DNA from: Antechinus flavipes | Taxonomy: Eukaryota | DNA length: 64,000 nucleotides | Direction: 5' to 3' | Assembly: GCF_016432865.1 (NCBI RefSeq) | Contig: NC_067400.1 | Coordinates: 631,284,001-631,348,000, forward strand | Shown: positions 33,832-46,843 of the stretch, in pieces | How the letters are laid out: each line of letters opens with the position of its first letter | Position numbering within the stretch: position 1 is the first letter of the stretch | The notes under the pieces: generated by a model | Told to the model about the DNA's origin: nothing | The model's input: the letters and a program-made list of their open reading frames with translations, nothing else | Databases searched by the model: none | Position numbers and translations under genes: made by a program

Positions 33832-34459
33832 TGTTATGGACCAGAACTTTGAACTTGAAACAAAGGATTCTTAAAAGGTACTGTCAGTGGAATTGATAGA
33901 GACAATAGTTATCTAATTTAGCATGGTTCAGAATGGTTGATTTAATCCTACAAGGAGATGATATGGGCCAGAATTTCAAACAAGTCACTAACTGGAATTG
34001 AGGAGACAATGGTTAAATCTAGTTTAGCATTGATTTAATCCTGTAACAAATAATGGTTTCCTAGTGATATAATGATTGATTTATACTCAGTGTAGAGCAT
34101 ATTAGGAAGAAGCTCTCAGGGCCAAAAAAGACAAGCACACTAGAAGCTCTCGGAGGCTGAGACAGATTCATTCCATCTTCTACCTTTGTGGTGGCTGGAG
34201 GCTGAAGCACAAACCTTTGGATTTGGAGAGATTCAGAGGGCAGAGACAGAGGCAGGAGCTCAAGCTCTTGGAACCAAGGAGAGAGATAGGCCTCCCAGAA
34301 AGCTAACTGGGCCCCAGGCAAGGAGACGATAAAGAAATTGGACTTTGGACTTTAACCCCTGCTACTTGGGTGGTGATTACTGAACTGAAATGAAGGCTGT
34401 CTCCAAAGACCCCAAGAAAACCTCAACAAAGAACATTACATTTTAGAGAGAACATTACA
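33832..34459 (+). mobile_element. ERV2-type LTR (628 bp) with internally duplicated U3 (second start at 33959)
   Basis: TGTTATGG...ATTACA ends, homologous to the other LTRs. Flanks gataat / tgagaa do not form a TSD. Confidence 0.9.
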
Positions 34460-36040
34460 TGAGAACATTTGCTGGACCATGATGAGAATGGATCTTAAAG
34501 CCTCCAACTCCAGCAAATCAGGAGCAGTCTTCAGGACAATGGAATCAGTGGCAGCAGTGGTGGTTTTCAGACCTCTCATCCCACAGACACTAAAGACAGT
34601 TTAAAAAGGTAGCAGGAAAGTTCTGATGCCCCACAGAGCAAATGAAGCATACTCCAGCACAACCTGCAACAACATTTCCTTATCCCAGAAAACCAGGAGC
34701 AGGCTTTGGGAGCCAATGAATCAGCAGTGACAGCAGCTTCTTCTAGAGTTGTCAGCCCAGAGACGGAAGTGGGGTCAGACAACTGGTCAGAAGGTGATAA
34801 TACTGGTCACTTTGTTAGTACTGAAGCAGGACTCTTATTTATCTATACTCAGATGCAAACTGCTATTCTTGGTGGCAGTCCCAGGGTGAGGAGGAGGACT
34901 ATCACAGCATTGTTTGAGCTACAAGGTAGTGGTGAACCTCTCACTGTTCCAGGGTGGAAAAAAGTGCTTGTGGTCATTCACAGACCTGAGCACAGGAGAA
35001 TGATACACACATCTGTGCTTAGATCATACCACTTTGGAGAAACTGAAATTTTACAGGTCCTTGGAATTATCTCTGAAAACAGCTACACAAAACCCCAAAG
35101 CTTGGGAAGGTGCACTTTTTACCCAGAAGATAGAGCTCTACTTTATCAAAGAATGAAAAGTCAAGTAATAGATCATAAAAAGTAGAATTGTGCAAATCAA
35201 AAAATGGGAACAAAAGCTAACTGAAAAAAATCCTTAAAAATTTGAATTGTGTGAGTGGAAGCTAATGACTTAAGGTGAAATCAAGAAACAATAAAACAGA
35301 AACAAAAATTGAAAAAACAGAAAACAATGTGAAAAAACATCTGACCAAGAAAAATAAATGCAGGAGAGATCATTTTAAATTATTGGACAACCTAAAAGCC
35401 ATGATCAAAAATAGAGCCTAGACATCTTGCCAAAAAAAAGTTATCAATGAAAACATCCCAGATAATCTATAACTAGAGAGTAAAAGAAAAATTGAAACAA
35501 TCTACTTATCACCTGAAAGAGATGCCAGAAAAAAAACTCACGAGAATATTATATCCAAATTCTAGAGCTCCCAGGTTAAGGAAAAGATATTACAAACAGC
35601 CAGAAAGAAACAATTTAGCAGCTTGTATTTTAGTGACTTGGAAGGCTTTGGATATGCTATTCCAGAGGGGAAAGGAACTAAGATCACAACCAAGAATCAC
35701 CTATCCTGCAAAATTGAATATAATCTCTGGAGGGGAAAGAGGAGAGAATGATCATTCAGGAAAATAGAAGACTTTCAAACGTTCTTGTTGAAGAGACCTA
35801 AGGTGAATAGGACATTTGACTTTTAGACACAAGATTTAAGAGAAACATAAAAAGGTAAACAGCAAAGTAAAATAAGGCATTTAATGAGGCAAATTGTTTA
35901 TATTTCTACATGGAAAAATAATTCTTATAATTCATAAGAACTTTTTCATTATTAAGGCAGTTAGAAAGAGTATTTATAGAGGGAAGAGGTGTGAGTTGAA
36001 TGGGAAGGAATGATATCTAATACAATCAAATGGTGAGAAA
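34460..36040 (+). mobile_element. L1 5' UTR and degenerate ORF1
   Basis: ORF1 C-terminal peptide QRGKELRSQPRITYPAKLNII at about 35660-35720. Confidence 0.7.
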
Positions 36041-36189
36041 AATTCAAACCAAAAGACAGTCAGTCTTTAATGGTAGATCTTCTGAAAAAGAACTAGAGAA
36101 TGAGGTTGGAAGCAAAAGAGAGGCAAGAGGAAAAAATAATAAAACAAAATGTTTGTCAGAGATTGGCAAAAAACTTGACATCAATACAC

Positions 36190-36540
36190 AATAATGGTCT
36201 TCCCTGACTCCTCATGTTCCTGAATCTCTAAAGCATTTGATTCTTTTGGCCACTTTCTCATCTTAGAGTTCCCTCCTCTGGATTTTTGTGGCACTGCATT
36301 CTTAGTTCTACCTTTCAGCTGCCCTTACTTCTGCTGACTGTGGATATACTATCAAAGCTATGTACCTGGCCTTCTTTACTCTTTATAAACACTCATTTTA
36401 TCATCTCAGAAACTCCCAGGGGGTTAATTATCTTTCTTAAATGTCTTTCAGATCTATATGTCTAGTTTTAAGGTGAAATCAGATGTCTTAAACACATATC
36501 AAATTCAACTTGCCACAATTTGACTTTATGAGCTTTACCT
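36190..36540 (+). mobile_element. L2 fragment
   Basis: tggatttttgtggcactgc...agatgtcttaaacacatatcaaattcaact resembles L2. Confidence 0.55.
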
Positions 36541-36588
36541 CCAAATCTAAATTCAAAGAAGGATGAGGATCCTGGAGCCAGAAACAAT

Positions 36589-37207
36589 TGTGAAGTTTTT
36601 AGGGTGAACACTTATACCTCAGAAGTCAGCAAATGCTACGATTTGGGGCTTATTTTATGGATTTGTTGATGGTGTAGACTTAAGAAAATGGTGGAGAAAA
36701 TGTAAAGATTAAATGGAAACTAGAGAAAGATGGTTGTTAAACATTGACTTTAATAGCAGAGTAACTGAGGCAGAGATTAGTTTTTAACCTTTAATGTGGA
36801 GAATTTAGGCTAACTGACCAAATGGGACTCTTGTCCAAAGCATTTGGCCCAGATGAACTGAGGCGGGCAACTTATATAGGGTTTTAGCTAACTAGTGTTT
36901 GTAAGCAGGATACAGAAGCCAAGGTTGCAATTAGTCTAACATTGTACAGCTGTTGTTATCTTTACTTCAGAGAGAGAGAGCAGGGAGAGGAGAATTAACT
37001 TGTTATTTACAGCTTTGGAGATTGTGGCTCAGGCCCTATCAGACAAGAGAGGAAGAGCATTCTTGGATAGATAGGGAATATAACGAGGGCATAACTTGGG
37101 TTTTTAGGCAGGAGGCAAGATGACATAATTCTATTCCTAGAGTAATTTTGGGCAAGAATGGAATCGGAGTGGCAGGAACCTGGATATTGTTTCTCTTTTC
37201 TATCACA
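36589..37207 (-). mobile_element. LTR (probable 3' LTR of the adjacent ERV1); right end could be 37224
   Basis: TGTGA...TCACA terminal inverted repeat. Minus-strand TATATAA near 36875 and ATTAAA near 36790. Lies immediately downstream of env TM in the same orientation. Confidence 0.65.
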
Positions 37208-37229
37208 ATGGGATGCAAAACTCAATTTC

Positions 37230-39670
37230 CAGTCCTAATGGAAAGGAGGTGGGATGGCTATGACCCCAATATATTCCCCACTCTCTCTAGTGAGTACTCA
37301 AATCCTTGAATCATCTTTGAGGGTCTCAGCACCATGATTTTGACCAATTCTACCTGGGAGCTGATAAGTTAACATAAGATTAGAAAAGATGCCAGGACCT
37401 ATGGGGAGGCCAAGGAGAAGGTGAAACAATGGTCTCATAAGGGGCAAGATAAGCGTCCCCTGACCCCGCTCCCATTGGCTGTGTCAAGATTCTTACAGAC
37501 AAGAGCCAGACTCTCCCTGATAACCCCAGTTGTTAATAGCATTCCTTGTTGAGCGTGGCACAGAGGCCTCCCCATTGCAAGAATAGTATGTTGGCTCCTC
37601 TGCAGGTCTGGAGCACCATCTCAGCCAGGGAATCCACTTTGAGTTGGACAATTCCATGTGAGTTAGGTCTGCATTTATCTGCGCACTTAACTCAACATCT
37701 CCTTGAAGAAAAAGCAGCAGTGATCAAGGCAATTGTGCTGGCCAATCCAAACCTTCTACTGGGGGAAAAGAAACTGTACCACATGGTGGAGAGACTCCAA
37801 GGAGAGAAAGATGAGACCTGAAATGGCTGCACTAATCTCTGCCCAGAAAAATAGACAGCAGAGGGAAAACCAATACCAGAATATAGAAAGGGTGTGAGCG
37901 TATGCACACTTCAGGACTCTGATACAAAACTACAGCATCATTTGTGGGTAGTGAAATATTAATTAAGGAACTGGGGTTACAGGACTAAAGAAAGATTTGT
38001 GGAGGCACTCACAGGAAAGGTGCCTGTATCTTGGAGATTTCCAAGGAGATTTTGGTTGTTCCCAAGAAAAGGTAGATTGAGAAATGGTTCCAGAAACTGG
38101 GTCTGTTAAGACGATTCCAACAAAATTAATGGGTTCAAAGGTAAAGCAGAGCCAGCAATCACAGCCCTGTTGGGGGATTTGTGGAGGTTAAAAATGAATG
38201 TACAATGGTTAATAAACCAAGCAAGCAGTAAAGATGAAAAGGACTGCAGGGAGGGCTTCCAATTCAGACTGGTGGGCGAGGAGGGGCAGTAGTACCTGGG
38301 GCAAAGTGAACAGGAACTGGTGGCAGTAGGGGTAGCATGGGCTGAATGGGTTTAGGCAGAACTGAAGTTGTGGGAATGATTACTATGGTGGCTAGAGAGA
38401 TACCTGCAACCTGCTACCTCAAGTTCATTTGTCAAATACACTTAACAAGTCTCCCTCAGCTGCTGTCCCTTCAATCTAATCCCTAGGTGAGTAGTCTGAA
38501 GATGGTTTCCCATTCTTTCAAGTGCTTCTGGGAAAACCCACCACCTTTCCTAGTCCCTGATCTCTTCTCCCCCAGTTTTTCTTCACCTAAGGAATCATAC
38601 AAGAGGGAACAGGCAGGGCTCCAATTGTCAAGGAACCATTTCACATATAAGTCCTGAAAGTGAGTTAAAGTTCCTATACATAATACATTACTATAGTAGG
38701 GGGTTGCTACTCTGGAATTCATCTAGAGATCCCTCAAATAATTACATATTCAGAAGGGAACATTATGTTCAATTAGATAATTCAGATACATATTATAATT
38801 TGATAAGCACTAAACTGAATTGTTAATAGTACGTACTTTTTCAGCAACAGTTACCCAATATTTTTATTTTAACCCAATATTTTTCATCCTAAATCCATTG
38901 TTAACAAGGGACCCAGTCAGAATTTGGCAGTCATTCATCAACCAGTTCCAATTCCTCTCAAATCAATGGGGAACAAAGTCCATTGGGGCAGGGGTGATGG
39001 TCTCATTTTCTGAAACTGCTTCCTGCTGAGAAATGGGTGTGGAGCTGAATCATGCCAAAGGATCCTATTTTCAGGAAGTGCTGGAACTGATTGAAGCATT
39101 AAATGGGTTTACCCAGGTCCCTGAAGCTGGTCAATAGAGATGTAACTTGCCCAAAATCTAGAAAAAACAAATCTAACAAATAAAAGTTAGAATAGTCTAA
39201 ATTAGAAAGACTGGTCCACAAGGACTGCTACATGATGGGGAGAGGCCTATATAGATTGGCCAGTAGCTTCCCGTGTAAGGAAACATGTCTGTATCACAGA
39301 ACAAACAAATGGTAAAGATGTGTCAGCTGTAGTCCCAGGAAAAAATATAACCATTAGGTCTCACATTTGTTCTGATCATAGAAATCTTCTACTGGAGGAA
39401 AAAGGCAGGGTCATGATTATAATATAATATAATTAGTCAAAACTGATACTTCAGGGCCTCAATCTGAGAGCACATACATGACACTGGATAAAGCAGCCTC
39501 AATTCAGTTTTACTTCAGGTAAATGACCCAGTTCCTTTCAGATGATGAAGCACCGTTTGGATGATCTGACAGTAATGCCTGAATTTAAAACTCCCAAATA
39601 ATATCACTTACAGGCCAGGAGATTTTACCTCCAAAAGCAAATCTCACTAATCAAAGCTTCAGATGAATCT
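37230..39670 (-). mobile_element. Decayed gamma-type (ERV1) env
   Basis: Immunosuppressive domain DSLAEMVLQTCRGANILFLQWGGLCATLNKEC (LQ...C at about 37613-37539), then TGVIRESL and LLLGLPIGPGIF after frameshifts. The SU extent towards 39670 is uncertain. Confidence 0.85.
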
Positions 39671-39679
39671 AGACCTCAA

Positions 39680-40120
39680 GGTTTGTAGCAACTTTTTTTG
39701 CCATGACAATTGGAGAATGAGTAGATGCCCATCACTTAAGGAATAGCTGAATAAGTTATGATATATGAAAATAATGGAATATTATTGTTCTATAAAAATG
39801 ATGAACAGGCTGATTTTAGAAAGGCCTGGGAAGATTTACATGAAATGATGCTGACTGAAGATAAAAAGAACCTGGTAAACATTGTACACAGCCACAAGAT
39901 TGTGCAATTATCAATTATGATATACTTGATTCTTCTAAGCAATTCAGAAAACAACATCTACATCCAGAGAGTAAACTATGGAGATTGAATGAGGAACAAC
40001 ACACATATTTGCACTTTTTTGTGCTTTTTTTCTTCTTCTTTATGGCCTTTCCTTTTTGATTTCCTAACCTGATTCATATGAAAATATGTAAAAAATGAAT
40101 GTACATGTATAATCTAAAAA
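39680..40120 (+). mobile_element. L1 3' fragment
   Basis: tttgtagcaac...gagaatgagtagatgcccatca...aagttatgatatatg. Confidence 0.8.
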
Positions 40121-40598
40121 AAAAGAGAGAGAAAAGAAAAATCCCTATGGAAGGCTTTAGAATTCTAATTAACACAGTAATAAACCATTAATCTAGCTTG
40201 GTTTATCTACATTAAAGACTAAGAAAGGAAAATAACTTGGAATAAATAGGGACAGAAGAATATATAAAAGAAAAAAATTTAAGAAAATAGCAGAAAATAA
40301 GTATCATAATTGTGAATGTGAATTAAATGAACTCACAAAACAAAAAGGGTTATCAAAATGAATTAAAAATAATACTTTACTTAGAAGAAAGATATTTGAA
40401 ATATAAAGATTCATATCGAAACACTGAAGATGAAGTCTGTCATTTCAGAGAAGTAAATGAATTTAAAATGCAGCAAGATGATTATATCTTTTAGACATAT
40501 CCAATGTGGTTGTTTGTTTTGATAGAGTTATATTTTGACAATATATCTATGTGTTGAGAGTATTGTTTCTGAGAATTTTCAAAATTGCTTTTGGGATA

Positions 40599-41030
40599 TG
40601 TAGAGGGCTAGAAATTTGGAGAAGAATACTTAAAAGAAGTATACTTGAAACAAGGTGTAAACAGTATATATCTAGTATGATATATTTATATAATTACTTT
40701 AATTTAATGATGTAATCATTCTGGATTAGCTTATACTCAGTATACTGTAATGATGTCATTGTAATAGGGTATTCAAGGGCTGAGAGAACTGGGGACAAAG
40801 TTAGACTAAGACTGAGACTGGTTGAGACTGTCAGACTGTTTGACTGCTGGAGGAGACTGGGTCAGACTGAGACTGGATTAGACTATGACAGACACAGACT
40901 GTGAAGGAGATAAACTTTGAGAAAGACAATGAAGACTTTGGACTCTATTCTTGTCCATCCTCATGGTGACTATCCTGCTGAGACCAAGGTCTGTTCAAAG
41001 GACCTCCAGAAAGCTAGCCTGAATATTACA
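40599..41030 (+). mobile_element. Solo LTR (432 bp), related to the ERV2-type LTRs, with an (AGACT)-rich tract at about 40800-40890
   Basis: TGTAG...TTACA ends and TSD gggata / aggata (5/6). Shares ttgaaacaaggtgt with LTR 43663-44026. Confidence 0.8.
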
Positions 41031-41749
41031 AGGATAGAAATACTTGGATAGTTTAAAAAAAAAGAAAAAATATAATGATATGGGGAGAAATTAAAATAGA
41101 TAAATTTATGTAACATAAAAATAAAATGTATTTGTCCATGGCTGAATTTCTAAAAGTTGAATGGTCTGTCATAAAAGGTAATACTTATAACTCCCTTTTG
41201 TTTGTCATTTGCCATTTTTGCAATGTATGGCCAGAGTAGCTGGTTTCTTTCAGTATCTCATTGCCACTTGTAACTCATCAAAAAAGATTTTATTGTTGCA
41301 AAGAAGACTTGGATAAGCCAAGGATGTTCTCTCTTTTCCATTATCTTTTCGTTAGGGCTGTATAGAGCTTTTCCATCTAGGATTAATGATTGTGCTAGGA
41401 AGGATCACAAGCCTGCCATTCATTCCTTTTCATAGACATATAAACTTGTTGACTAGATTAATTTTAATTGCAAAATCTGTGTCTGTGAAGCCCAGGTTAG
41501 CCCCCTGGAGGCCTCAGAATCAGCCAGAGTCAGAATAAGCAAAAGCCCTTGGTCTTTAGGGGGAGAAGTGAAGGGGATGGACAAGACTGCCACAAACTCT
41601 CCATAACCTCCCTTCTCTTCATCCACCTCCAAAGTGACTCTGGCTCGTCTCACTCCACTCCCTCATCCCTCCTTACAATTCTCTTAACCCCAAGCATTGA
41701 GCTAGCATTAACTGTGAGAAGAGAAGTTCCAAACATGCAAATAGAGTTA

Positions 41750-42480
41750 TTGTTCAATAGTTATTAGCCTTAAGTGCTTGGTTGTTTGATTCAAGTGCAC
41801 CTATTTGGAGTTTCAGCTCTTTACATGTGTTGGCTTCTAAGTATTCCTCATCACTGTGGCCTCTGCAGAAAACATGTATCCAGCTCCAACTTTAGTAAGC
41901 TGGTCTTCCTTTGATAGTCTTGTTTTCCTCAGGGCTGTTTTTGGATTCCGTGCCTCCTGAGTTCTCTCACAAGAACTCTTTAGCTTTCACCTCTACAAGG
42001 ACTCATGTTATCCACAAGTATGCACACATTCCATGTTCCCATTGTGAGTAGAATCATCTTCACAAAAGTTTTGTGCTTTGTGTGTTTTCACCACAGGGTG
42101 GGATTCATACATCTTGTCCTAAGTACTCCAGGATTGGCTGAAGTAGATAATTTTTTTAAGAGCATCTTTTATAGCCCTTCTTCATTCCAGGAGATGAGCA
42201 CTGTGGGCTTTGAAAAGCTTGCTCAGATAGTCAGGGGCTGCTAAATTTCACTACTGATTCAGTCCAGTGAGAAGGAAACTCTTTGTGGCCTGGGCTGCCT
42301 ATATGCAGGATTGTGACTACAACTTCCAGTGAACATGTGTCTGCAGCTTCCTCACTTGCCTGTCATCAGAGGACTTTAACATAGGGAAAAGTGGTATGGG
42401 CAATATTTTTAACTCATACATAATTTGGAGATGTGCAGTCCTCAGCTTCACTCTCACTGCCAGAATCATTAAAGTTTAGA
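41750..42480 (-). mobile_element. RTE LINE 5' UTR and start of endonuclease
   Basis: Reverse complement ctcacaatgggaacatggaatgtgtgcatacttgtggataac (LTMGTWNV) matches the RTE EN start. Homologous to 54960-55250. Confidence 0.8.
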
Positions 42481-42944
42481 GGCAAGATAAAAGTCAAGAT
42501 AACATCTCTCAGGATGAAGAAAGTATTTACGTATATAGCAAGATATCTTTTTCAGAATATACGGTAAGACTTCAAAGGCAGTATGGCATGACAGCAAAAG
42601 GGATTAGCAATGAAGGAAGAGTCAAAGAGAGGCTGGATCCCCTCAAGTGAGGTTACTAAACACTAATCCTGTGACTTCCATGGAGAAATAGCATTCCTGA
42701 AAATAGATTCTCAAGAATCCAATGAATAAGGAATACTAAAAGAAGAAGAAAGAAAGCACTTCTAGGAAAGGTGATTTACTAATTAATATTACTGAAATAG
42801 AAAAATAGGTTGGACTAGGGACAGGGAAAAGAGAAACATTTAGCTCATTTATCTAAATTGAAAGGGAAAGAAGAAATGCAAGATGTAAGGAATAACAAAA
42901 ATGGGGGAAGCTAAGTTGGATAGATCTTGGATATCCAGAGAAGC

Positions 42945-43080
42945 TGAATGGAGCACCAGCCCTGAAGTCTGGAGAAACTGAGTTCAAATCTGGCCTCAGA
43001 CACTTAACACTTCCTGGCTGCGTTACCCTGGACAAGTCACTTAACTCCAATTACCTCGGGGAAAAAAAGAATAACAAAAA
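42945..43080 (+). mobile_element. WSINE1-type SINE, 5'-truncated
   Basis: gagcaccagccctgaagtc...gagttcaaatctggcctcagacacttaacacttcc plus A tail. Confidence 0.85.
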
Positions 43081-43662
43081 TGAATCCAAGGAGTTTCAGC
43101 TTGGGCCAGGTAATAAGAGAAAAAAGCACTTAGCTGAATCAAATATATAATTTATATATAAACTAAATAAACAATAGAGATTAAGTGCTGATGTAAAAGA
43201 AGTTATCATATATCAGTTAAACATAGCATTCTGCTTTATATCATCATTAAATCAGATTAGCATCCATTTACGCATTCATTCAGATTTCTCATGAAAATGG
43301 AGAATAGTACAAGAGTGAGAAGAGAATTAGGTATCAGACAGATATACCACTAGGAACCTTCTTTAATTCCCATAAATTCCATGAATATTCTTTTAAATCC
43401 AGGCCCTCAAAAAGTTGTTAATACGCTGATTAGTATGATCATCTCTTAGAAACACATGGCTTTATAGTTGTGAAAAATCTTTGTAGATATGGGTGGACTA
43501 TGAGTTCAATTTGAGGCAACAGATTGATATTGTAAGGCACAATGAATCTCACTTCTGATGCCAGAAATATCAATATTGTGAAGTTTAGCCATCAAATACA
43601 GAAGGGTCCAAATTGAGTTGAAAGCAGAAGGAAAATTAGATACTAGTACAGAGGCAGTCAAG

Positions 43663-44026
43663 TGTAATCTTTTTTGTTCATTTTCTTGGGATCTCTGGGA
43701 TCTCAGAGTAATCAGCACATGAACAGCCAAGTGTTAAAGTTCAAATCCTTTATTGTCTCCTTGCCTGGGGCCCGGGTCAGTTTTCTTGAGGTCCTCCTGA
43801 ATGGGTCTTGGTTTCTGTGGGGGAGGCAGAAAGACCATCACCTCTTCTCCATCTTCCCTAGTTCTGATTCTAGATGAGTTTGTCCGAACTTATATGCTCT
43901 CTTATCATAGGTATGAATCTTGTGGAACTATATTAAGTACTAAGTACATGTACTGAAATACCATTGTCTTTATCAATTCCACTGACTTAACACCTTGTTT
44001 CAAATTCATAGTTCTGGCCCATAACA
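43663..44026 (-). mobile_element. Solo LTR, ERV2-type (364 bp)
   Basis: TG...CA ends and perfect 6-bp TSD GTCAAG (43657-43662 / 44027-44032). Shares gttctggcccataaca with LTR 29430-29919. Confidence 0.92.
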
Positions 44027-44039
44027 GTCAAGTACACAA

Positions 44040-45740
44040 GGAAGTCTCAGTTCAGAAGAGACAGAGGGTAATTTATGCTTGAAAACCACAAAGGGAGAGT
44101 CAGAAAAAGAGTGTGGGTGGAAAGAAGATAATCTTTTTGAAAAAAGGTGAGACACAGAAGGATGTTTTGTAGCAATGGTAGATCATAAGGCTGATTTAAG
44201 TCAGTTTGAAGTGCACCCCTCTGGAAGGTCTGTCTGGCATATGGGACTAAGCAAGACTATTTATTGGCTCATTGAAGGTTTCGGATTAGTTCCTTTTATG
44301 TGGCTTACTCTGTATGCCACATTTCTGGCATCTGAAGTGCGACAGTCCACCCATATCCTCAAAGATTTTTCACCACAATAAAAGCATGTGTTTCTAAGAG
44401 ATGATCATACATATGAGTATATGTACAGTAAGGGAACTCATGAAAAAACAGACTTGTTAATCTCAGGGAAAATTTTCACAGGAGATAGTTTATGTAAATT
44501 CAGGAAGTTAAGAGATGGAGTTTAATATGTGAATAACAACAAGTGATCCAGTGTAAATGGTTCTTGGAGAATATCAGGGGAAATCAAGTGTTACCTAAAT
44601 TGAAAAAATTGGAAAGGGTTAAATTAAATGGAGGATTATTTGTTTGACGCTGGAGGTAATTGGAGCCACTGGAATCTATTGATTATGTGATCTGGGAGTG
44701 TGAACATGATCAAACCTGATTAGGAAAATCACTTTAGCAGTTAAGTGGAAATGGATAGTATTGGGGAAAGATTTGAGAAGAGAAAGCAAGCAGAGGCCTG
44801 TCTATGCATTGGTCTATTCAAGAAGTATGGAAGACCCGTACAAAGATTATTGACTGGGTTGTGCAGAGAAGGAAATATATGAGGGATACAAGGAATGTTA
44901 GACAGGGAGAGAGACGGAGACAGAAAAACAGGGGAGACAGACAGACAGACACAGATTCTGACAACAAATTAGAGAGATGAGAAGAGTACAGATGACAATT
45001 CAAGGACAACACCAAAGTTTCAGGCCTAAGTGACTGGGAAGAAAATGACACTTAAACAACTAATAGGAAAGATAGGGAAAGTGGAGAATTTGGAGCAGAA
45101 ACAAGAAGATGAGTTCTATTTTAGACATGTTGAACATAAAATGTTGACAGTCACCTAAAGTCTAAAAGGCAATTGGAAGCAGAATATGAGGGGTCAGGAG
45201 AGAAATCAGCATGTATATATGGATGTAGGAAACTTCTGCAGACAAATAATAAGAAAAACAATGATGTGGTATGACTAAGCAAGATAGCATACAAGAAGAA
45301 AACGAATCCAGGGTAGACTTTTGGGGACCATTAACTTTTTATTAATGGATACAAGATCTAGCAAAGGAAACTAAGAAGTCGCAGTCTGAGAAAAAGGAAT
45401 TCCAGGAGAGAAATGAGTCAGAAAAATCTGGAGAGAATTCAGGAGAAGAGAATGATGAAAAATTTCAAAGGCTATAGGGAGGACAAGAAGGGTCAGCACT
45501 GGGAAAAAGTCACTAGATTTAACAACCAAGAGATCATTCATAATATTGGAGGAAGCACTTTCAGTTGAATGATGAGCTCAGAAGCCAGAACATAGAGGGT
45601 ATAGGAGAGAATGAGAAGGGAAAAGTGGAGGCACCCAAAAAGAGATTGATACCATTGGTTGGCATCATGATTGATAGATGGACAGCCCTGAGAAAAGATC
45701 CTGGAATGGAAAAGTAAGGAGGGAAGTAATTGGTGAAAAA
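44040..45740 (-). mobile_element. Old L2 fragments
   Basis: Purine-rich antisense L2-like sequence (ttttagacatgttgaac, agtcactagatttaacaacc). Confidence 0.55.
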
Positions 45741-45985
45741 GAGCAATGGATAGAGTGCTAGGACTGGAGTCAAGAAAACTCATCTCCTTGAGTTCAAGTT
45801 TGGCCTCCAGGACTTACTAGCTTATGTGATCCTGGGCAAGTCACTCAATCCTGTTTGTCTCAGTTTTCTCATCTATCAAATGATCTAGAGAAGAAAGTGG
45901 AAGATCACTCTGGCATCATTGCCAAGAAAGCTCCAAATGAAGTCATGAAGAATCAGATACAACTAAAAATGACTGAATAACAATG
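45741..45985 (+). mobile_element. Mar1-type CORE-SINE
   Basis: tRNA head, CORE, and an RTE-derived tail (tggcatcattgccaagaaagctccaaatgaagtcatgaagaatcagatacaact). Confidence 0.8.
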
Positions 45986-46559
45986 AAGTAGGCTACTAAT
46001 AGCCATCCACTTCACCATCCTGAGAGCTAATAGGGCTAATCTATGACATGAGAAATTCAATCAATTGCTAAGTTAATATACTTAACAATTACTATTATAT
46101 GTATCCATTATTTTGAAAAAGTTTGGAAGAGCTTGAAGATAGGGGAACCAGACAGGCAGGCCAGATGGAATATGAGGAAAAACTTTCCTTTGACCTAGGA
46201 GAAAAGCCAGAAAGAATGAGGGGCCATGAGAAGTCAAGAGAGGGATCTCAATCCTTATACTTTGAGGGGTGTGGTGAAAAGTTAGTAAACCCTTTCTGAA
46301 GGGTATAGAGCTTCCTCCACTCACCAAGTAGACAATAAGGCCTATGGAACAGGATTGATAGTGAATGTCTCCTCTGACTGGGTATTATTTGAGGACACCA
46401 AACACTTGCAATAACACTAAGCTAGAAGAAAATTCTCTCAGAGGTACAATGCAAACAACATTCAAAATGGGGATGCACATTGGGCCTGGGAGCACTCAGA
46501 GAAAGGTCCCCAAATCCCATCAAGTGTGCAGATACAGGTTCAGAGACTCTTACTTCTCA

Positions 46560-46843
46560 AGTCTAATCATTAATGAAAGTTGAAAGTTAGTAATTGCTAT
46601 TGAAGAATTATGATTAATCAACAGTAATTGCTTTTGTGATTTGCTGCTTGGGGACATGCAGACAGTGTAATGTGTTTTTCAGGGGATATGATTATTGTCG
46701 CTCTGGGGGCAGATCAGATCAGAGAATCATCTTATAAATAGGGCCCTTGCTGTGCCTCCCCCATAGATGTACATATGCACAAATCTACATTGATTGCTGG
46801 AGTCATCCTCAAACCCAGAAATTCAGACAGAGGCAAGGTGAGT
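46560..46843 (+). promoter_or_regulatory. Candidate V1R promoter and non-coding first exon (donor AAG|GTGAGT at 46837/46838)
   Basis: Clustered TAAT sites including palindromes TCATTAATGA (46567-46576) and TGATTAATCA (46611-46620), AGTAATTGCT twice, TATAAATA at 46733-46740, and a perfect donor about 100 nt later. Non-repetitive island on the same strand as the V1R. Confidence 0.55.

Noticed and set aside
34706-35185. 159-aa ORF
   Set aside because: Falls in an L1 5' UTR region and has no domain-like features
36070-36170. About 100-bp similarity to 61715-61808
   Set aside because: Most simply two copies of the same old interspersed repeat, not a local duplication
37230-39670. env as a co-opted syncytin-like gene
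   Set aside because: Multiple stops and frameshifts, including directly after the ISD
42315-42329. GACTACAACTTCCAG, resembling a ZNF143/SBS motif
   Set aside because: Lies in the RTE 5' UTR (similar sequence at about 55230), away from any promoter
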